Under the pieces are notes generated by a model, which saw only the letters and a list, made by a program, of their open reading frames with translations, was not told the origin of the DNA and did not search any database. From assembly GCF_030028105.1 (NCBI RefSeq), contig NC_092379.1, forward strand, positions 21,491,309 through 21,555,308: a DNA stretch of 64,000 nt, given 5' to 3'. The first letter of the stretch is position 1. Each line of letters starts with the position of its first letter. Of the stretch, positions 1 to 12,764 are shown piece after piece. Both the position numbers and the translations under genes were made by a program. Source of the stretch: Mobula birostris (lineage: Eukaryota).

Positions 1-1362
1 TCGAGAGATTGGTTATGGCACACATCAACCACAGCCTACCGGTCAACCTCGATGCTTTGCAATTCACCTACCGGAGCAACAGGTCAACGGCAGATGCCAT
101 CTCTCTGGCCCTACATTCCTCCTTAGATGACCTGGAGAATAAAGATGCATACGTAAGGCTCCTTTTCATTGACTACAGCTCTGCCTTTAATACCATCATT
201 CCAAATAAACTGATTCCTAAACTCCGGAACCTGGGCCTTAGCATTCCGATCTGCAGCTGGATCTTCAACTTCCTCACAGACAGGACCCAGGCTGTAAAAA
301 TACGGGACAAGCTCTCCTCTACAATCACTCTGAGCAACGGTGCCCAACAAGACTGTGTACTCACTGCACACCCATGATTGTGTAGCCAAGTTTCCATCAA
401 GCTCAATATAAAAGTTTGCTGATGACACAACAATTGTAGGCCATATCTCAGGAAATGATGAGTTTGAGCACAGACAGGAAATTAAGAACCTGGTGGCATG
501 GTGCGAAGACAATAACTTATCCCACAGCGTCAGCAAGACGAAGGAATTGGTTGTTGACTTCAGAAGGAGTAGCAGACCGCACGACCCAATTTACGTCGGT
601 GGTGCACAAGTGGAACAGGTCAAAAGCTTTAAATTCCTCGAGGTCAATATCATAAATGACCTGATTTGGTCCAACCAAGCAGAGTTCACTGCCAAGAAGG
701 CCCAACAGCACCTTTACTTCCTGAGAAAACAGAAGAAATTTGGCCTGTCCTCTAAAACCCTCACTAATTTTTATAGATGCACCGTAGAAAGCATTCTTCT
801 AGGGTGCATCACAACCTGGTATGGAAGTTGTCCTGTTCAAGACCGGAAGAAGCTGCAGAAGATCGTGAACATGGCGCAGCACATCACAGAAACCAATCTT
901 CCGTCCGTGGACTCACTTTACACTGCACGTTGTCGGAGCAGTGCTGCCAGGATAATCAAGGACATGACCCAACCAGCCAACATACTTTTCGTCCCTCTTC
1001 CCTCCGGGAGAAGGCTCAAGAGCTTGAAGACTCCTACGGCCAGATTTGGGAACAGCTTCTTTCCAACTGTGAAAAGACTGCTGAACGGATCCTGACCCGG
1101 ATCTGGGCCGTACCCTCCAAATATCCGGACCTGCCTCTCAGTTTTTTTGCACTACCTTACTTTCCAATTTTCTATTTTCTATTTATGATTTATAATTAAA
1201 TTTTTAATATTTATTAATTTTTACTATTTGTAATATTTAATATTTGTAATCCAGGGAGTGGGAAGCGCAGAATCAAATATCGCTGTGATGATTGTACGTT
1301 CTAGTACCAACTGTTTGGTGACAATAAAGTGTTAAGTACCATAAAGTATAAAGAATAAAGTA
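1..1362 (+). mobile_element. Rex1/Babar-like LINE, 3' part (RT C-terminus, 3'UTR, AATAAAGT-type tail); runs off window start
   Basis: ORFs 9-377 and 493-1095 give [18 protein letters not shown]...[11 protein letters not shown] and KKAQQHLYFLRK, typical of Rex1 RT; near-identical to 15850-17190. Confidence 0.85.
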
Positions 1363-1960
1363 TTTACCTAAATGCATTATCATGTATTTCCCAAGATTGT
1401 AATCCATCTGCCACTTTTTGCCCATTCTTCCAATTTATCTAAGTCATACTGCAATTGCATTGCTTCCTCAGCACCACCTACCCCTCCACCTATCTTTGTA
1501 TCATCCACAAACTTTGCCACAAAGCCATTAATTCCATTATCTGAATCATAACCAAACAATGTGAAAAGTAGCGCTCAATACTGACCCCTGAGGAACACCA
1601 CCAGTCAATGACAACCAACCAGAGAAGGCCCTTTTTATTTCCACTTTCTGCCTCCTGTCAGCCATTCTTCTCTCCATGCCAATATCTCTGCTGTAATGTT
1701 ATTCAATTCTATCTTGTAAAGCAGCCTCATGTGTTGCTCCTTATCAAATAACTTTTCAAAATCCAAGGAAATAACATTCACTGCCTCTCCTTCGTCCATC
1801 CTGCTTGTTATTTCCTCAAAGAACTCTAACAGATTTGTCAGGCAAGATTTCCCATTGCAGAAACTACGCTGACTTTGACATATGTTATCATTTGTCTCCA
1901 AATACACCAAAACCTCATCCTAAAGAAAGAGACTTCAACACTTCCCAACCACTAAGTTTT
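1363..1960 (-). mobile_element. CR1 LINE RT fragment
   Basis: ORF 1635-1910 GKSCLTNLLEFFEEITSRMDEGEAVNVISLDFEKLFDK (CR1 RT motif). Confidence 0.75.
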
Positions 1961-4035
1961 GGATAACTCGCCTATAATTTCCTTTATTTTGCCTTCCTCC
2001 CTTCTTAAAGAATGGAGGGTGTTTAAAGAGCAATTGCACACAGTACAGGAAAGGTATGTACCTGTTCGAAGGCAGGATGGGGATGGAAGTATAAGAGAAC
2101 ATTGGATATCCAGAGAGGTGATGAATTTAGTCAAGAAGGAAAAGAAGAAGTATGTAAAGTTTCAGATGTTCGGATCAAAGGAAGCACATGAGGAGTGTAA
2201 AGAAACGAGAACGAACTACTGGGAATGAGGGAAGCCAGGAAGGGCCATGAAAAGTCCTTGGCAAGTGGGATTAAGGTGAATCTCAGGGCATTTTATACAG
2301 ACACCAAGAGTAAGACAATAACTCAGGAGAGGGTGGGACCACTCAAGGATAAGTGGGGGGGGGGGGAGCAGTTGCTTGAATGCAGAGAATGTGAATGAGG
2401 TGCCAAGTGAGTACTTTGGTTCAGTATTTACCAAGGAAAAGGATATGGAGGACCAAGAGATCAGTGCTGAGTATATAATTACAGTAGGGTATTTAGAGGT
2501 CAAGGAGAAGGAAGTGTTGGGCCGCCTAATCATGATTAAGATTGATAAGTCCTCAGGGCCAGATGGGATTTACTCCAGGTTTTTGAAGTATGCAAAAGGT
2601 GAGCTTGCTGGGCCCTTGACCAGAATCTTTGTGTCCTCTCTCATTAATTTAAGAAGGGAACATGGGAAAATTCTGGGAACTATGGATCAGTAAATCTCAC
2701 TTCAATTGAAGGGAAATTGTCCAATAAAAATCATAAGGATAGGATATCTGAGCATTTGGAAAGCCATGATCTAATTTAGGGAGAGACAGCATGGCTTTAT
2801 GCGTGGCAGGTCAGCACTTACAACTTGATAGAGTTTTTTGACAAGGTGACAAGACAGATTGATGAGGGTAGGGCAGTAGTTGTTGTCTATGTGGATTTTA
2901 GGATGACATTTGACAAAGTCCCCCATGGGAGGCTAATCCAGAAGATTAAGATGCATGGGGTCCGTGGCAAACTAGCTGTTTGGATTCAAAATGGTCGCGC
3001 ATAGAAGACAGATGGTAATGGTTCAGGGGACTTGTTCAAGCTGGAGGTCTGTAATTAGTGGATTTCTGTAGGTATCTGTGCTGGGACTTCTGCTGTCTGT
3101 AATGTATATAAATGATCTGGATGAAAATGCAGACGGGTGGGTTTGTAAATTTGTGAATGATACCAAGAATGGTGGAGTTGTTGACAGTGTAGAAGACTGG
3201 CAAAGAATACAGCACAACATTGATCAGCTGCAGATGTGGACTGAGAAATGGCAGATGGAGTTTAATCCAGATAAATGCGAGGTGTCACATCCCGGGTGGT
3301 GCAAATGAAAAGAGACAGTACATTTTTAAGAGCAAGGTCTTTTACAGTGTTGTTAAGCAGAGAAATCTTGGGGTCCAAGTTCATACTCCTTGAAAGTGGC
3401 TACACAGGTCAATAAGATGGTTAACAAGGTTTAAAGAATGCTTTTTTTTAATATTCGAGGCACTGTCAGGTTATGTTGCAACTTTTATAAAACTCAGGTT
3501 AGATCAGACTGAAGTTCTGGTTGCCCCACTATTGGAAGGATGTTGAGGCTTTGGAGAGGGTGTAGAAGAGGTTTGCCAGGATGCTGCCTGGTTTCGAGGG
3601 AACATGCAATCAGGAGAGTCCACATAAACTTGGGTTGTTTTCTCTGGAGCGTTGGAGGCTTAGGTGGGGGGGTGCGTTCTGATAGAGGTTTGCAAGTTTA
3701 TGAGAGACAAAGATACGCTGGACAGAGAGTATCTCTGTCCCAGGGTTGAAATATGTATTACCAGAGGGAATGAATTTTAGGTGAAGCGGGAAGGTTCAAG
3801 GGGATATGAGGGGTGAGTTTTATAATCAGAGAGTGGAGGATGGCTGGAATGTGTTGCCTGCTGTGGTGGTAGAGGCAAATACATGATAGGTGTTTGGATA
3901 GGCAAGTGGATGTAGGGAAGAACAGGGGATATTGACATGGAGTAGGTGGGAGGGATTGATGTTGGGTGTTTTTGATTTCCTTTATCGCTGTTTTGGCACA
4001 ACAGTGTGGGCCAAATGGCCCGTGCTGTAGTAAAT
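1961..4035 (+). mobile_element. Degenerate CR1 ORF2 fragments through the 3' end
   Basis: KSSGPDGIY, YINDLDENADGWVCKFVNDTK motifs with many stops; CR1 3' end gggccaaatggcc..gtgctgta near 4010-4030. Confidence 0.75.
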
Positions 4036-4039
4036 TATT

Positions 4040-4710
4040 TTGGTGCCGCATCCCAAAGGAAAGAATTTGTAGAGTGCCTACGAGATTTTTTAAAGAGTAG
4101 GTGGTGAATGAGCCCACTGGGCAATTAGATATTCAGAATTGGGTGTGGTGCAATGAACCAGAATAGAGTGGAGAGTTTAAGGTAAGGGAATGCTTGGGAG
4201 CCAATGATTATAACATGATGTAATTCACACTACTATTAATTTGAAAAGGAGAATCTAAGGTCAGTATTAAAGTGGAGTAAAGGGAATGACGGAGGCATGA
4301 GAGAGGAGCTAGCCGAAATTGATTGGAAAGGGACACGAGCAGGGATGATGGCAGAGCAGAAATGGCTGGAGATCCTGGGAGCAATTTGAAAGACACAATG
4401 TAGGTGCATCCCAAAGAAGAAATATTCGAAAGGCAGGGTAACACCAGGCAGCATCTATGGAAAAGAGTAAACAAACGATGATTCAGGCCAAGATCTTACA
4501 TCAGTCTGAAACTTTGACGGTTTACTCTTTTTCATAGTTGCTACCAGACCTCCTGAACTCCTCCAGCATTGTGTGTGTATTGCCAAACACCCCATGGTAC
4601 TACAGGAGAGATACTAGCATGGATAGAACATTCTCTGATTGGTAGGAGGCACAGAGTAGGAATAAAGGGAGCATTTTCTGGTTAGCTGCTGTGTTGAAAC
4701 CACATCTTTT
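4040..4710 (+). mobile_element. CR1 fragments interrupted by a short fold-back element
   Basis: ggcatgagagaggagctagccgaaattgattgg matches the CR1 EN/RT linker also seen at 20580 and 38750. Confidence 0.55.
4445..4584. repeat. Short Penelope-derived fold-back element
   Basis: Arms catctatggaaaagagtaaac / gtttactctttttcatagttg; same family as the termini of 28597-29530. Confidence 0.55.
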
Positions 4711-4724
4711 CATGTAAAATGTCA

Positions 4725-5925
4725 ATAACCATATAACAATTACAGCACGGAAGCAGGCCATCTCGGCCCTTCTGGTCCGTGCCGAACTCTTAATCTCACC
4801 TAGTCCCTCCGACCTGCACTCAGCCCATAACCCTCCATTCCTTTCCTGTCCATATAGCTACCCAATTTAACTTTAAATGACAACACCAAACCTGCCTCAA
4901 CCACTTGTGTTGGAAGCTCGTTCTACACAGCTACCACTCTCAGAGTCAAGAAGTTCCCCCTCATGTTACCCCTAAACTTTTGCCCTTTAACTCTCAACTC
5001 ATGTCCTCTTGTTTGAATCTCCCCCACTCTCAATGGAAAAAGCCTATCCACGTCAACTCTATCTATCCCCCTCATAATTTTAAATACCTCTATCAAGTCC
5101 CCCCTCAATCTTCTATGCTTCAAAGAATAAAGACCCAACTTGTTCAACCTTTCTCTGTAACTTAGGAGAAGAAACCCAGGTAACATTCTACTGGATCTTC
5201 TCTGTACTCTCTCAATTTTGTTGACATCTTTCCTATAATTCGGTGACCAGAACTGTACACAATACTCCACATTTAGCCTTACCAATGCCTTGTACAATTT
5301 CAACATTACATCCCAACTCCTATACCCAGTGTTCTGATTTATAAAGGCCAGCATACCATAAGCTTTCTTCACCACCCTATCCACATGAAATTTCACCTTC
5401 AGGGAACTATGCACCATTATTCCCAGATCGCTCTGTTCTACTGCTTTCTTCAATGCCCTACCATTTACCATGTATGCCCTATTTTGATTAGTCCTTCCAA
5501 AATGCAGCACCTCACATTTATCAGCATTAAACTTCATCTGCCACCTTTCAGCCCACTCTTAAGTGGTCTAAATCTCTCTGCAAGATTTGAAAACCTACTT
5601 CATTATCCAGAACTCCACCGATCTGAGTATCATCTGCATACTTACCGATCCAATTTACCACCCCATCATCCAGATCATTAATATCTATGAGAAACAACAT
5701 TGGACCCAGTACAGATCCCTGAGGCACACCACCAGTCACCAGCCTCCAATCTGACAAACAGTTATCCACCAGTACTCTCTGGCGTCACCCATCCAAATCC
5801 ATTTTACCACTTCAATACTAATACTGAACAATTGAACCTTCCTAACTAACTTTCCATCTGGAACCTTGTCAAAGGCCTTACTGAAGTCCATATAGACAAC
5901 ATTCACCGCCTGACCCTCATCAACT
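4725..5925 (-). mobile_element. CR1 LINE 3' portion, 5'-truncated
   Basis: ORF 4923-5537 (204 aa) MKFNADKCEVLHFG...YCVQFWSP...RRLRGDLIEVFKIM; 3' tail at ~4725; sister copy at 24489-25280. Confidence 0.85.
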
Positions 5926-5929
5926 TTGA

Positions 5930-6860
5930 TTTGGATTACAAAATTGATGGCTTTTAGGGCCAAGTTTGTGGATGATACTGAGAGAGGTGGAAGGGCAGAT
6001 AGAGTTCAGAAAGCAGAGTGGCTACAGAAATACTTAGACAGATTTGGAGAATAGGCAATAGAGTAGCAGATATGATAAAGTGTTGGGAAGTGAATGATCA
6101 TACACCTTGGGAGAAGAAATAAAAGCATAGACTACTTTCTAAATGGGGACAAAATTCAGAAATCTGAGGTCCAAAGGGCCTTGTGTAGGATTCCATTCAG
6201 GTTAATTTGCAAGTTGAGTCTGTGGAATTCATTTCTAAAGGACTGAAATATGAAAGCAAGGATGCAATGTTCAGTTTTTAGAAGGCACTGGTGAGGTCTC
6301 AATTGTAGTACGGTGAACAGTTCTGGGCACCTTATCTAAGAAAGGATATGCTGACATTGATGAGGGTTCAAAGGAGTTTAACAAAATGGTTCTGGGATTG
6401 AAAGGCTTATCATATGAGAAATGTTTGATGGCTCAGGTCTGTATTCACTGGAATTCACAAGAATGAGGGGGGTATTTCATTGAAATCCATCGAATGTTGA
6501 AATTCCTCGACAGAGTGGATGTGAAGAGAATGTTTCCTCAGGTGGGGGAGTCTAGGATCAGAGGACACAGCCTCAGACTAGACGGTCGTCCATTTAGAAC
6601 AGAGATGAGGAGGAAATTCTTTTGCCAGAGAGGGGTGAATCTGTGTAATTTGTTGCCACAGGCAACTGTGGTGCCCAAGTCACTGGGTATATTTAAGGAA
6701 CAGGATGGTAGATTCTTGATTAGTCAGGACATGAAGGGATACTGGGAAAAGGCAGGTGACTGGGGCTGAGAGGGAAATTGGATCAGTCATGATGAAATAC
6801 TGGAGCCGACTCGAAGGTACAAATGGCCGAATTCTGCTCCAGTCTCTTATGGTTTTACTC
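5930..6860 (+). mobile_element. Degenerate CR1 3' portion
   Basis: LDRVDVKRMFPQVGESRIRGHSL and terminal ggccgaattctgctcc..tcttatggt. Confidence 0.75.
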
Positions 6861-8182
6861 AGGAACTAAAACATTCGCCCAACTGTGGATCATTCTAAAG
6901 TTCCCAACTGGTATTCAGATTTTTTGTTTCCGGTTGATTTTGGAGAATACTGACAGACACCTCTTCATGGGGTTTCATCTCCTGGAATGAGATGTTATTT
7001 AGTTCACCTGTCCTCACAGGTTAATGTCTGTGCTGCACCTTGTCACACACAATATCATACTCTCCTGTCTATATTTCAGGTTCAGCAGTGACCAGCAGAC
7101 ACACGCCCCACATTCAGTCAAGAGATCCCCGTATGGCTGCGATGTTTGGAAATGGAGTCTCCATCTCACTCACTCGGCAATCCGAGGCTACTGCACTGTA
7201 ACTGCTCATTTCAGGAAATAAACCTCTAAATGTACCGGGGATGCCAGATGGGAAATGGGGGCACAGAGCCGGTTCGGTGGGCGGAGGGACAGCGGTGGAT
7301 GATACATTGGGAAAATGGCAGGATATGTGACACTGGAGGGGGTTTACAGGAGGGGAGAGGAAGGCAGGGTTAAGGCTTGGGAATGGGGAGCAGGGGAATG
7401 GGGGTGTGTTTAGTGATGGAGAAGAGGGAGTTGAGGAAGTGGTTATTATTGTTATGGAGCAAGAAGTTGACATGGGGAGGGGGAGTGTGGTGGAGGATGT
7501 TCTGTCAAATTTTGTAAATCAGATGTTGTACAAATCATTGCCTATAGCTTTTCTTCCATTTTTCCACTGGAGTTTATGTCATGTCATGATTTGAAATTTT
7601 ATTCATTAAAAACAAAGAAAAGGAGAACATGAAGTGACTGGAGTTGATAAAACTGAGGGAAGCCATTCAGCCCATCTTAGTTCCCTCATCACTGCAGAGA
7701 TTCCATCTGCCTCCACGTACGAGTGGGTAATGCATCCCGGGACAAATATCGGAGAGATTCCCAGCCGGTAATATATGAGTGTAGCCCCACACGTACTGCT
7801 CATGTTCATAAGGGATTTCTCACAGTGGGAACACTGGGGTGCTGCACCCCAAGAAAGATATTCAGGAAAGCACAGAGGCTCATTGGAAGAGTTTCTCAGA
7901 ACCCCATTACACATCCCAGAGCAAGATGTTGATGGAATGTTTCATAATGAGTGTCTCAATCCATATTTCAACACATTATCCTAATCTCCACACTCCATGT
8001 CCTATAAAACCGTAGGTACAGGAGCTTCTCCATTGCACACACAATCTCCCTTCACTGTCTCAGCTGAAAGGCAGCACCTCTGTCCCTCTGTACTACAGTG
8101 AACAGCCAAGTCAGCCTGAAGTTCTGTTCTCACATCACTGAAACATGAATTAACAGCATCAGTGCCCTGAAACAGAACTCAC

Positions 8183-8219
8183 TGTGGGGACCAAAGCCTT
8201 TGGCCTGCTCGGTGTTTAG
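8183..8219 (-). other. Candidate 37-nt internal exon
   Basis: Minus strand gtttccttcag|CTAAACACCGAGCAGGCCAAAGGCTTTGGTCCCCACA|gtgagt: consensus acceptor and donor in non-TE sequence. Confidence 0.35.
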
Positions 8220-9207
8220 CTGAAGGAAACTTTGTGCATCCTGCAGCATCCCCCATCAGAGAGTGTGGAGCTGTTGGTACAAGTACAGGTGACTCAGAAC
8301 TGGAGATCGACCATGTACATGTTTTAATGTGATGTCAGCAGGAGAGAGCATTTTGAAAAAATATGTCAATGCAGGAAAATACAACAGATACTGGGGTAAA
8401 CACATTAGGAGTAGAAAACATTAAACAGTTACTAATCAATGCAAACCAAGAATAGAACAGAACAGTTATTTAGATGATGGGCACCAGCACCTGACTTGAG
8501 CAGAGTAAGTCCAAGAAACAGGCATTGCAGGAAGGAACACAGGACCAGATATTGAAGGAATACATTCCAGGAATAGACATTGGGGAAAACTATGAAGGAC
8601 CAGCCAACGGGAAAAATACCCCTCCACAGAACCAGAAATTGTGGTTAATTCTCAACTTTGTTCATGAGGGAATACGACAGAGATTGGGAATACACGACTG
8701 ATCTTCAGGAAGGTTGTGATTCCCATGTATAAGAAACAATTTTAAAATCAGTTATTTGGAAGAATCTGGGAATCAGATTCCAAACCCCAGATCTCAGGGA
8801 TGCACCATGTCAGTCATATGGGAAAATATATGCCGAGCAGATTTTAGAAACTGCACCCAAAGTCACAGGTTGTAGGAGTTTCCCTGTGCCCATAACCTGG
8901 AGTGCAGAGCAGGTCATGAGGGTGCATGGCACTGAATCAGATACTGGGGACGTTATTGCAGGGAAAGGAGATGACTTGGGACCAGCTCCAAATTTAATTA
9001 AAAATTAATTAAGAATTAAGTCACAGTTACATGTTTAATCAACTGACTTTAAACATCCCCGCAGCCATGATGTGATCTGAACTCAGCTATCTACGTCACA
9101 AACGCAGCTTCTTGATTCCATATGTTTTGCTCAGCAACCAGTCTCCCTCCCAGTCTCACAGTCCAGCCAACTAGAAAGCCAGGATGTGCAACAACTGAGG
9201 ACCTTAC

Positions 9208-9350
9208 CTTCTCACTGGCCTCTGCTCCGCTCTGGGAATGTCGGCTCCCGACACTGATCTGCCCACTCCTTCTTTCCCTCCCTGATTTCGTGCTGCCAGT
9301 CCTCCAGCATATCTTACACCCTTCACTGCTCACAGTAACAGCATTGCCTT
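9208..9350 (-). other. Candidate first (probably non-coding) exon of an unidentified gene; 5' limit approximate
   Basis: Strong donor AAG|GTAAGG at 9208/9207; no in-frame ATG; lies downstream of the conserved Ets module. Confidence 0.4.
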
Positions 9351-9890
9351 CTGCTTCCTGTTTGTGTCTCTGCCTCTCTCTCTCTCAGCTAATGGCTCTG
9401 ACAGTCTGTTTGTACAAAGTGCAGGCAGCTTGTCAGAGCCAGCATCTGACCCTGTGCTCTGTGGGGTGGGAGGGAGAAATGAGGCAGCAGATTGGAGGTT
9501 TGAGAAGTTTGAAATGAGCTGAGGGAAGGTGGAAGGAGAGAGAGAGAAGCAGGAAGGGCAAGGAGAGAGAGATCACAGGGTAAGAGGGAGAGACTCTCCA
9601 AGGTCAGGATACCAGACTAATATCCAAATCTGTGCCATGTTCCTCACTTCCTGCTCTGCACCCTGTGTTCCAGACACTGGGAATCTCCCCGACTTTGTGA
9701 ATGTGTGGCTCTCCAAAATCTGATCCAAGTATATTTTTGTACAATACTGCATTTGGGGGCATTCCCACAGAGACGGACTGAGAATTATTCCTTTCAATCT
9801 CATCCAAATGACTGCTCTTACCTGGATGAAGGAAGCCTCTCATTGATGGGAATAGATCCCATATTCCTGAGTATTAGATGACAGGTGACA
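9351..9890 (-). promoter_or_regulatory. Putative promoter module, copy A
   Basis: Non-TE; tandem GGAA site CAGGAAGTGAGGAAC (9639-9653), second ACAGGAAGC near 9355, GA-rich tract; paralog at 63510-64000. Confidence 0.4.
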
Positions 9891-12125
9891 CTAAAACAGA
9901 TGGTATTGTAGGGAGTGAAGAAGGTTAGCAACAATTACAGTGGGATCTCGATCAGCTGGGTAGGTGAGATGAGGAATTACAAATAGAGTATTATTCAGAT
10001 GAGGATGTCTCAGTGCGATTGCAGAACATTCTCAGTGAGGAGGGTGAGCAAACAGAAGTGGTTGCACACATTGGCTCAAATGACAATTGGAAGAAAAAAT
10101 GGATGTACTGCTGTGCAGTGAATATAGAGAGAAAGAAAAGATGTTTAAATGTAAGACCGCAACAGTGGTCATCTCTGGATTATTCCCAGTACCATGTGCA
10201 GGTGAAGTTGAAAATTGAACATATCATAGATTAGTACATTGCTGAAACCTTGCACAGGGAGCAGGAATTCAGTTCATTTCAGCAATTCAAAGGTTACAAT
10301 TAAAAATAAAATGTTGGGAACTATAGATGAGTAAATCCAGTATCTATGGTAGGAAGCTAATATAACAGAGCAAAAACTGGTGAGAAATTAGAATGGGAAG
10401 ATTTAGAAACATCAGAAGGCAATTTACAAAAACAAAGAGGCAAAACATTGAATACAAAAGTAAGTTAGCCAATAATATTGAAGAGGTTACCAAAAGATTC
10501 TACAGATACATAAAGTGTAAAAGAGAGGTGAGAATGGATATTAGACCACTGGAAAACATTGCTGGAGACGTAGTAATCAGGGACAAAGAAATGATGGACA
10601 AACTGAACAAGTATTTTCCATCAGTCTTCACTGTGAAAGGCACGAGCAGTATGGTGGAACTTCGAGAGTGTCGGGGGCAGGAGTGGGTGATGCTCCTGCT
10701 ACTTGGCTGAAGAGACTGTGGAGGCATTAGTAATGATCTTTCACGAATCAATAGATTCTGGAATAATTCTGGAAGACTGGAAATGTCCAAATGTCTCTCC
10801 ACTTTTCAAGAAGGAAAGAGGCAGAAGAAAGGAAATTGTAGGCCAGTTATTCTGACCTCAGAGGTCAGGAAGAAGTTGGAGTCGATTGCTAAGGTTGTGG
10901 TTTCCATATACTTGGAGGCACTTGATAAAATAGGCTGTAGTCAGCATGGTTTTCTCAAGGAACACCTTGCCTTAGAAATTTGTTGGAATTCTTTGAAGAA
11001 ATATCAAATAGAATACACAAAGAAGAATTGGTGGATATTGTGTACTTGGATTTTCAGAAGGCCTTTGACAAGTTGCTGCACATGAGGCTGCTTAACAAGT
11101 TAAGCGATCAAGATATTACAGCAAAGACACTGGCATGGATAAAGTGGCTGATTGACATGAGGTAAAGAATGGGAATAAAGGGAGCCTTTTCTGTTTGGCT
11201 GCCGATGACTAGTGGTGGGACTGCTCCCTTTAACATGAAATGTCAGAGTCTTGGATGACAGGATTGATGGCTTTGTTGCAATGTTTGCACATGATACAGG
11301 ATGGGTGGAGGGGCAGGTAGTTTTGATGAAGTACAGAGGCTACAGAAGGTCAAAGCCAGATTGGTAGAATGGGCAATGAACTGGCAGATGGAATACAACG
11401 TTCCGAATTGTACGCTCATGCACTTTGGTAGAAGAAATAAAAGGACAGACAATTTTCTAAATGGACAGAAAATTCAAAAATCTGAGGTGCAAATGAACTT
11501 GGGAGTCATTGTGTGGGCTTCCCTAAAGGTTAATTTGCAGGTTGAGTGGGTGGTGATGAAGGCAAAAGTGATGACAGCATTCATTTGAAGAGGACTACAA
11601 GATAAAAGCAAGGATGTAATGTTGAGGCTTTACAAAGCACTGGTGAGGCCTAACGGAGTACTGTGAGCAATTTTGGGCCCCTTATCTGAGAAAAAATGTG
11701 CTGACTTAGTGGAGAGTTCAAAGGAGATTCTCAAAAATGATTCTGGGATTGAAAGGCTCGTCACATGATGAGCATTTCACGTGCTCACTGGAATTCAGAA
11801 GAATGAAGGGTGACCTATTGAAACCGATCAAATGTTGAAAAGCCATGTTAAGAGTGGATGTGGAGAGGATGTTTCCCATGACTGGAGAGTCTAAGACCAG
11901 ATGGCACAGCCTCGGAATAGAGGGGTTTATTTTAGAAGATGAATTCACTGCCACAGGCGGCTGTGGAGGCCAAGTCTCGGCATATTCAAGGTAGAGGTTG
12001 ATAGATTCTTGATTAATCAGGGTATGAAGAGATATGGGTAGTAGATAGACAATTGGGGCTGAGAGGGAAAATGGATCAGCCATGATAATAAAGGCGAAAC
12101 AAACTCAATGGGCCAAATGGCCTTG
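9890..12125 (+). mobile_element. CR1 mosaic of segmental unit A
   Basis: RT piece fused to an esterase piece at cagatgaggatgtctc (~10000), then EN-linker/RT/3' end fragments; same junctions in copies B and C. Confidence 0.75.
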
Positions 12126-12760
12126 GGGTAGATTAGGATTAGTGAGCAAGGCTCTGTGTGTGAGAGATTATGTCTCATCGATTTCCTCTGTTTAGTCCTG
12201 TTCCACCTTCCATAAGACCGAAAGGTTTCTCTCTTTCTGTGCCCATTAGTTCATTCCTCATCTATTAGGGCATAGTAGTTCAGTAGGAATGGCTCCAGGG
12301 GCACTCTGTGTGGGATGTGGGAAGTCTAGGAGACTCCAGTCTCCCAGGTGAACACATCTGCTCCAGGTGCACCGAGTTGCAGCAACTGAGAGAATGTATT
12401 GAGGAATTAGAGCTGCAGCTCGATGACCTTCAACTCATACGGGAGAATGAGGAGGTGATCGACAGGAGGTACAAGGAGGTAGTTACCCTTAGGTTGGGGA
12501 AGACAAATAACTGGGTGAATAGCAGGCAAAGAAAGGGAAACGGACAGCTTCTGCAGAGAACACCTGTGGCTGTTCCCCTCAATAATAAGTATTTAACTTC
12601 AGATAATATTGGGGGGCTGACCTGCCAGTGGGGAACCAGAGGGACCGGGTCTCTGGCACTGATCTGGTGATGAGGCGCAGAAAAGCAGAGAGGTGAAGAG
12701 GAATGCAGTGATGATAGGAGATTCCTCAGACAGCGGGACAGAGACAAGGTACTGTGGGCA
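12125..12760 (+). mobile_element. CR1 5' region/ORF1 (Cys motif, leucine zipper, start of SGNH esterase)
   Basis: HICSRCTELQQLRECIEELELQLDDLQLIRENEE and gtgatgataggagattcc (VMIGDS). Confidence 0.7.
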
Positions 12761-12764
12761 CGAT

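Noticed and set aside
7114-7473. 119-aa Ser/Pro/Thr-rich ORF with a real ATG
   Set aside because: The C-rich strand is naturally poor in stops; no domain features
7821-7859. CACAGTG heptamer as a V(D)J recombination signal (also the reverse heptamer at 8180-8186)
   Set aside because: Nonamer after a 22/23-bp spacer matches ACAAAAACC at only 4/9; no V or J coding segment nearby
9573-9843. Paralogous ORFs in A and C (63597-63842) as a conserved small protein
   Set aside because: C's ORF matches one A frame in its first half and another in its second half; the ATG is not conserved
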